From a virus (taxonomy: Duplodnaviria > Heunggongvirae > Uroviricota > Caudoviricetes), in the IMG/VR virus record IMGVR_UViG_3300026549_000001, positions 32,001 through 96,000 of that record: 64,000 nt of DNA; one strand, 5' to 3'. The translations under genes were made by a program, and so were the position numbers. Under the pieces are notes generated by a model. The model ran no database searches. It was not told where the DNA came from and saw only the letters and a list, made by a program, of their open reading frames with translations. Below, in pieces: positions 62,997 through 64,000 of this stretch (its first letter is position 1; each line of letters starts with the position of its first letter).

Positions 62997-63842
62997 TTAA
63001 TAATCGTGGCGGCTAATTTCCTTTGCTACAATTATTAATCTTTGATTTCTATTTCCCCTATAACAAGTTTGTAGGGTAACAATTTTATCTCCGTATTCAA
63101 TATCTGTTATACTATCTAATTTATTTATTTGTTTAGTTAGTCTAACAAATTCATCAAATTGGTCGTTATCAAAATTGCGAGTTTGATGATTAAGTTTTGC
63201 AAAATCATTATTTATATAGGCATAACATATTACATAATCTCGCACTTCATTTTCAAAGTAAATAGAAAAGAGAGCATTTCGTTTATACACCTCATCTGAT
63301 AAGTAAACATCATTTAATGGGGCAAACTTTACAGTATAGTTGTTTCTATTATTATGTCCGTAAATAGTCAAGTTATCATCATCTAACTTATTTACATAGT
63401 TCATAAATACTGTACCTCTTGTATGGTACTGTTTATATATGTTTCTACGCAAATAGTAATCGTTATCCTTTGCTTGTACTATTGGCTCTCTTATCAATCC
63501 TGTATCAAACCACAAATATCCAATAACATCAGAATTAATAGATTTAACATTTCTAAAAGATTCCTTTGTCATTTTTTGTTCCAAATAATTTCCATCTTGA
63601 ATATCATCAATGTCATCTTTTGATACCATCGGGGGAATTGTGGGCTGTGGTGTAGGCGTTATTTCTGTTCCCCAAACAATATAGGGAGTAGGAGTAATGC
63701 CTTGATTTATAAGATTATCTATATCATCATATACATCTTGCTCTTGAACTTTGCCCTTATGTATAGTGACAATATTATAAATACCATATCCTATTACTCC
63801 TAATAAAATAATGGCTATAATTATTGATATTGTTTTCTTCAT
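62997..63842 (-). CDS. srtB: Class B sortase
   Basis: PIVQ..DNDYYL, IYGHN, TLQTC..R. Confidence 0.9.
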   Translation of the reverse strand: MKKTISIIIAIILLGVIGYGIYNIVTIHKGKVQEQDVYDDIDNLINQGITPTPYIVWGTEITPTPQPTIPPMVSKDDIDDIQDGNYLEQKMTKESFRNVKSINSDVIGYLWFDTGLIREPIVQAKDNDYYLRRNIYKQYHTRGTVFMNYVNKLDDDNLTIYGHNNRNNYTVKFAPLNDVYLSDEVYKRNALFSIYFENEVRDYVICYAYINNDFAKLNHQTRNFDNDQFDEFVRLTKQINKLDSITDIEYGDKIVTLQTCYRGNRNQRLIIVAKEISRHDY

Positions 63843-64000
63843 TATTTCCCTCCACTCGGTCTTGCAGAAAATAAATTAAATATTGGTTTATACAAATCCA
63901 TATAGGCTTGTTCACAATATGTTAGAGCTTCTTTTAATTCTTTATCATGTGGTGTTTTTTTCGGAAAACTCATTATGCGAACAAATTTAAGTTCGGATAG
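63842..64000 (-). CDS. Partial ORF, possibly a GIY-YIG-like C-terminus
   Basis: EQAYMDLYKPIFN. Confidence 0.35.
   Translation of the reverse strand, partial: LSELKFVRIMSFPKKTPHDKELKEALTYCEQAYMDLYKPIFNLFSARPSGGK

Noticed and set aside
180-63623. Numerous plus-strand ORFs in the track
   Set aside because: They are antisense shadows of minus-strand genes with no RBS or motifs; only 39451-39657 was kept
1-64000. CRISPR array, tRNA or rRNA genes
   Set aside because: No regularly spaced repeats or recognisable structural RNA genes seen by eye

Overview
AT-rich, gene-dense segment coded almost entirely on the minus strand. It looks like a large Firmicute (Clostridia-like) mobile element, either a conjugative megaplasmid or a phage-plasmid. 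It carries VirB4-like and VirD4-like ATPases, a probable Replic_Relax relaxase, a class B sortase, signal peptidase I, a SpaA/Cna-B type adhesin, nrdD/nrdG/glutaredoxin, an orphan TnpB, seven related Zn-finger/PD-(D/E)XK endonuclease genes and many small phage-like ORFs. The main discovery is that two FtsK/SpoIIIE-like ATPase genes are broken into pieces that appear to be rejoined by three natural THREE-PIECE split inteins. In each case the upstream extein ends in a 9-22 aa intein N-tag, the Hint core is a separate free-standing gene, and the downstream extein begins with an 8-38 aa intein C-tag. One of these ATPases also carries four group I introns whose removal restores a continuous reading frame. 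The other is spread over 18.5 kb in four extein genes plus two core genes. All family assignments come from motif recognition by eye; no database search was run.
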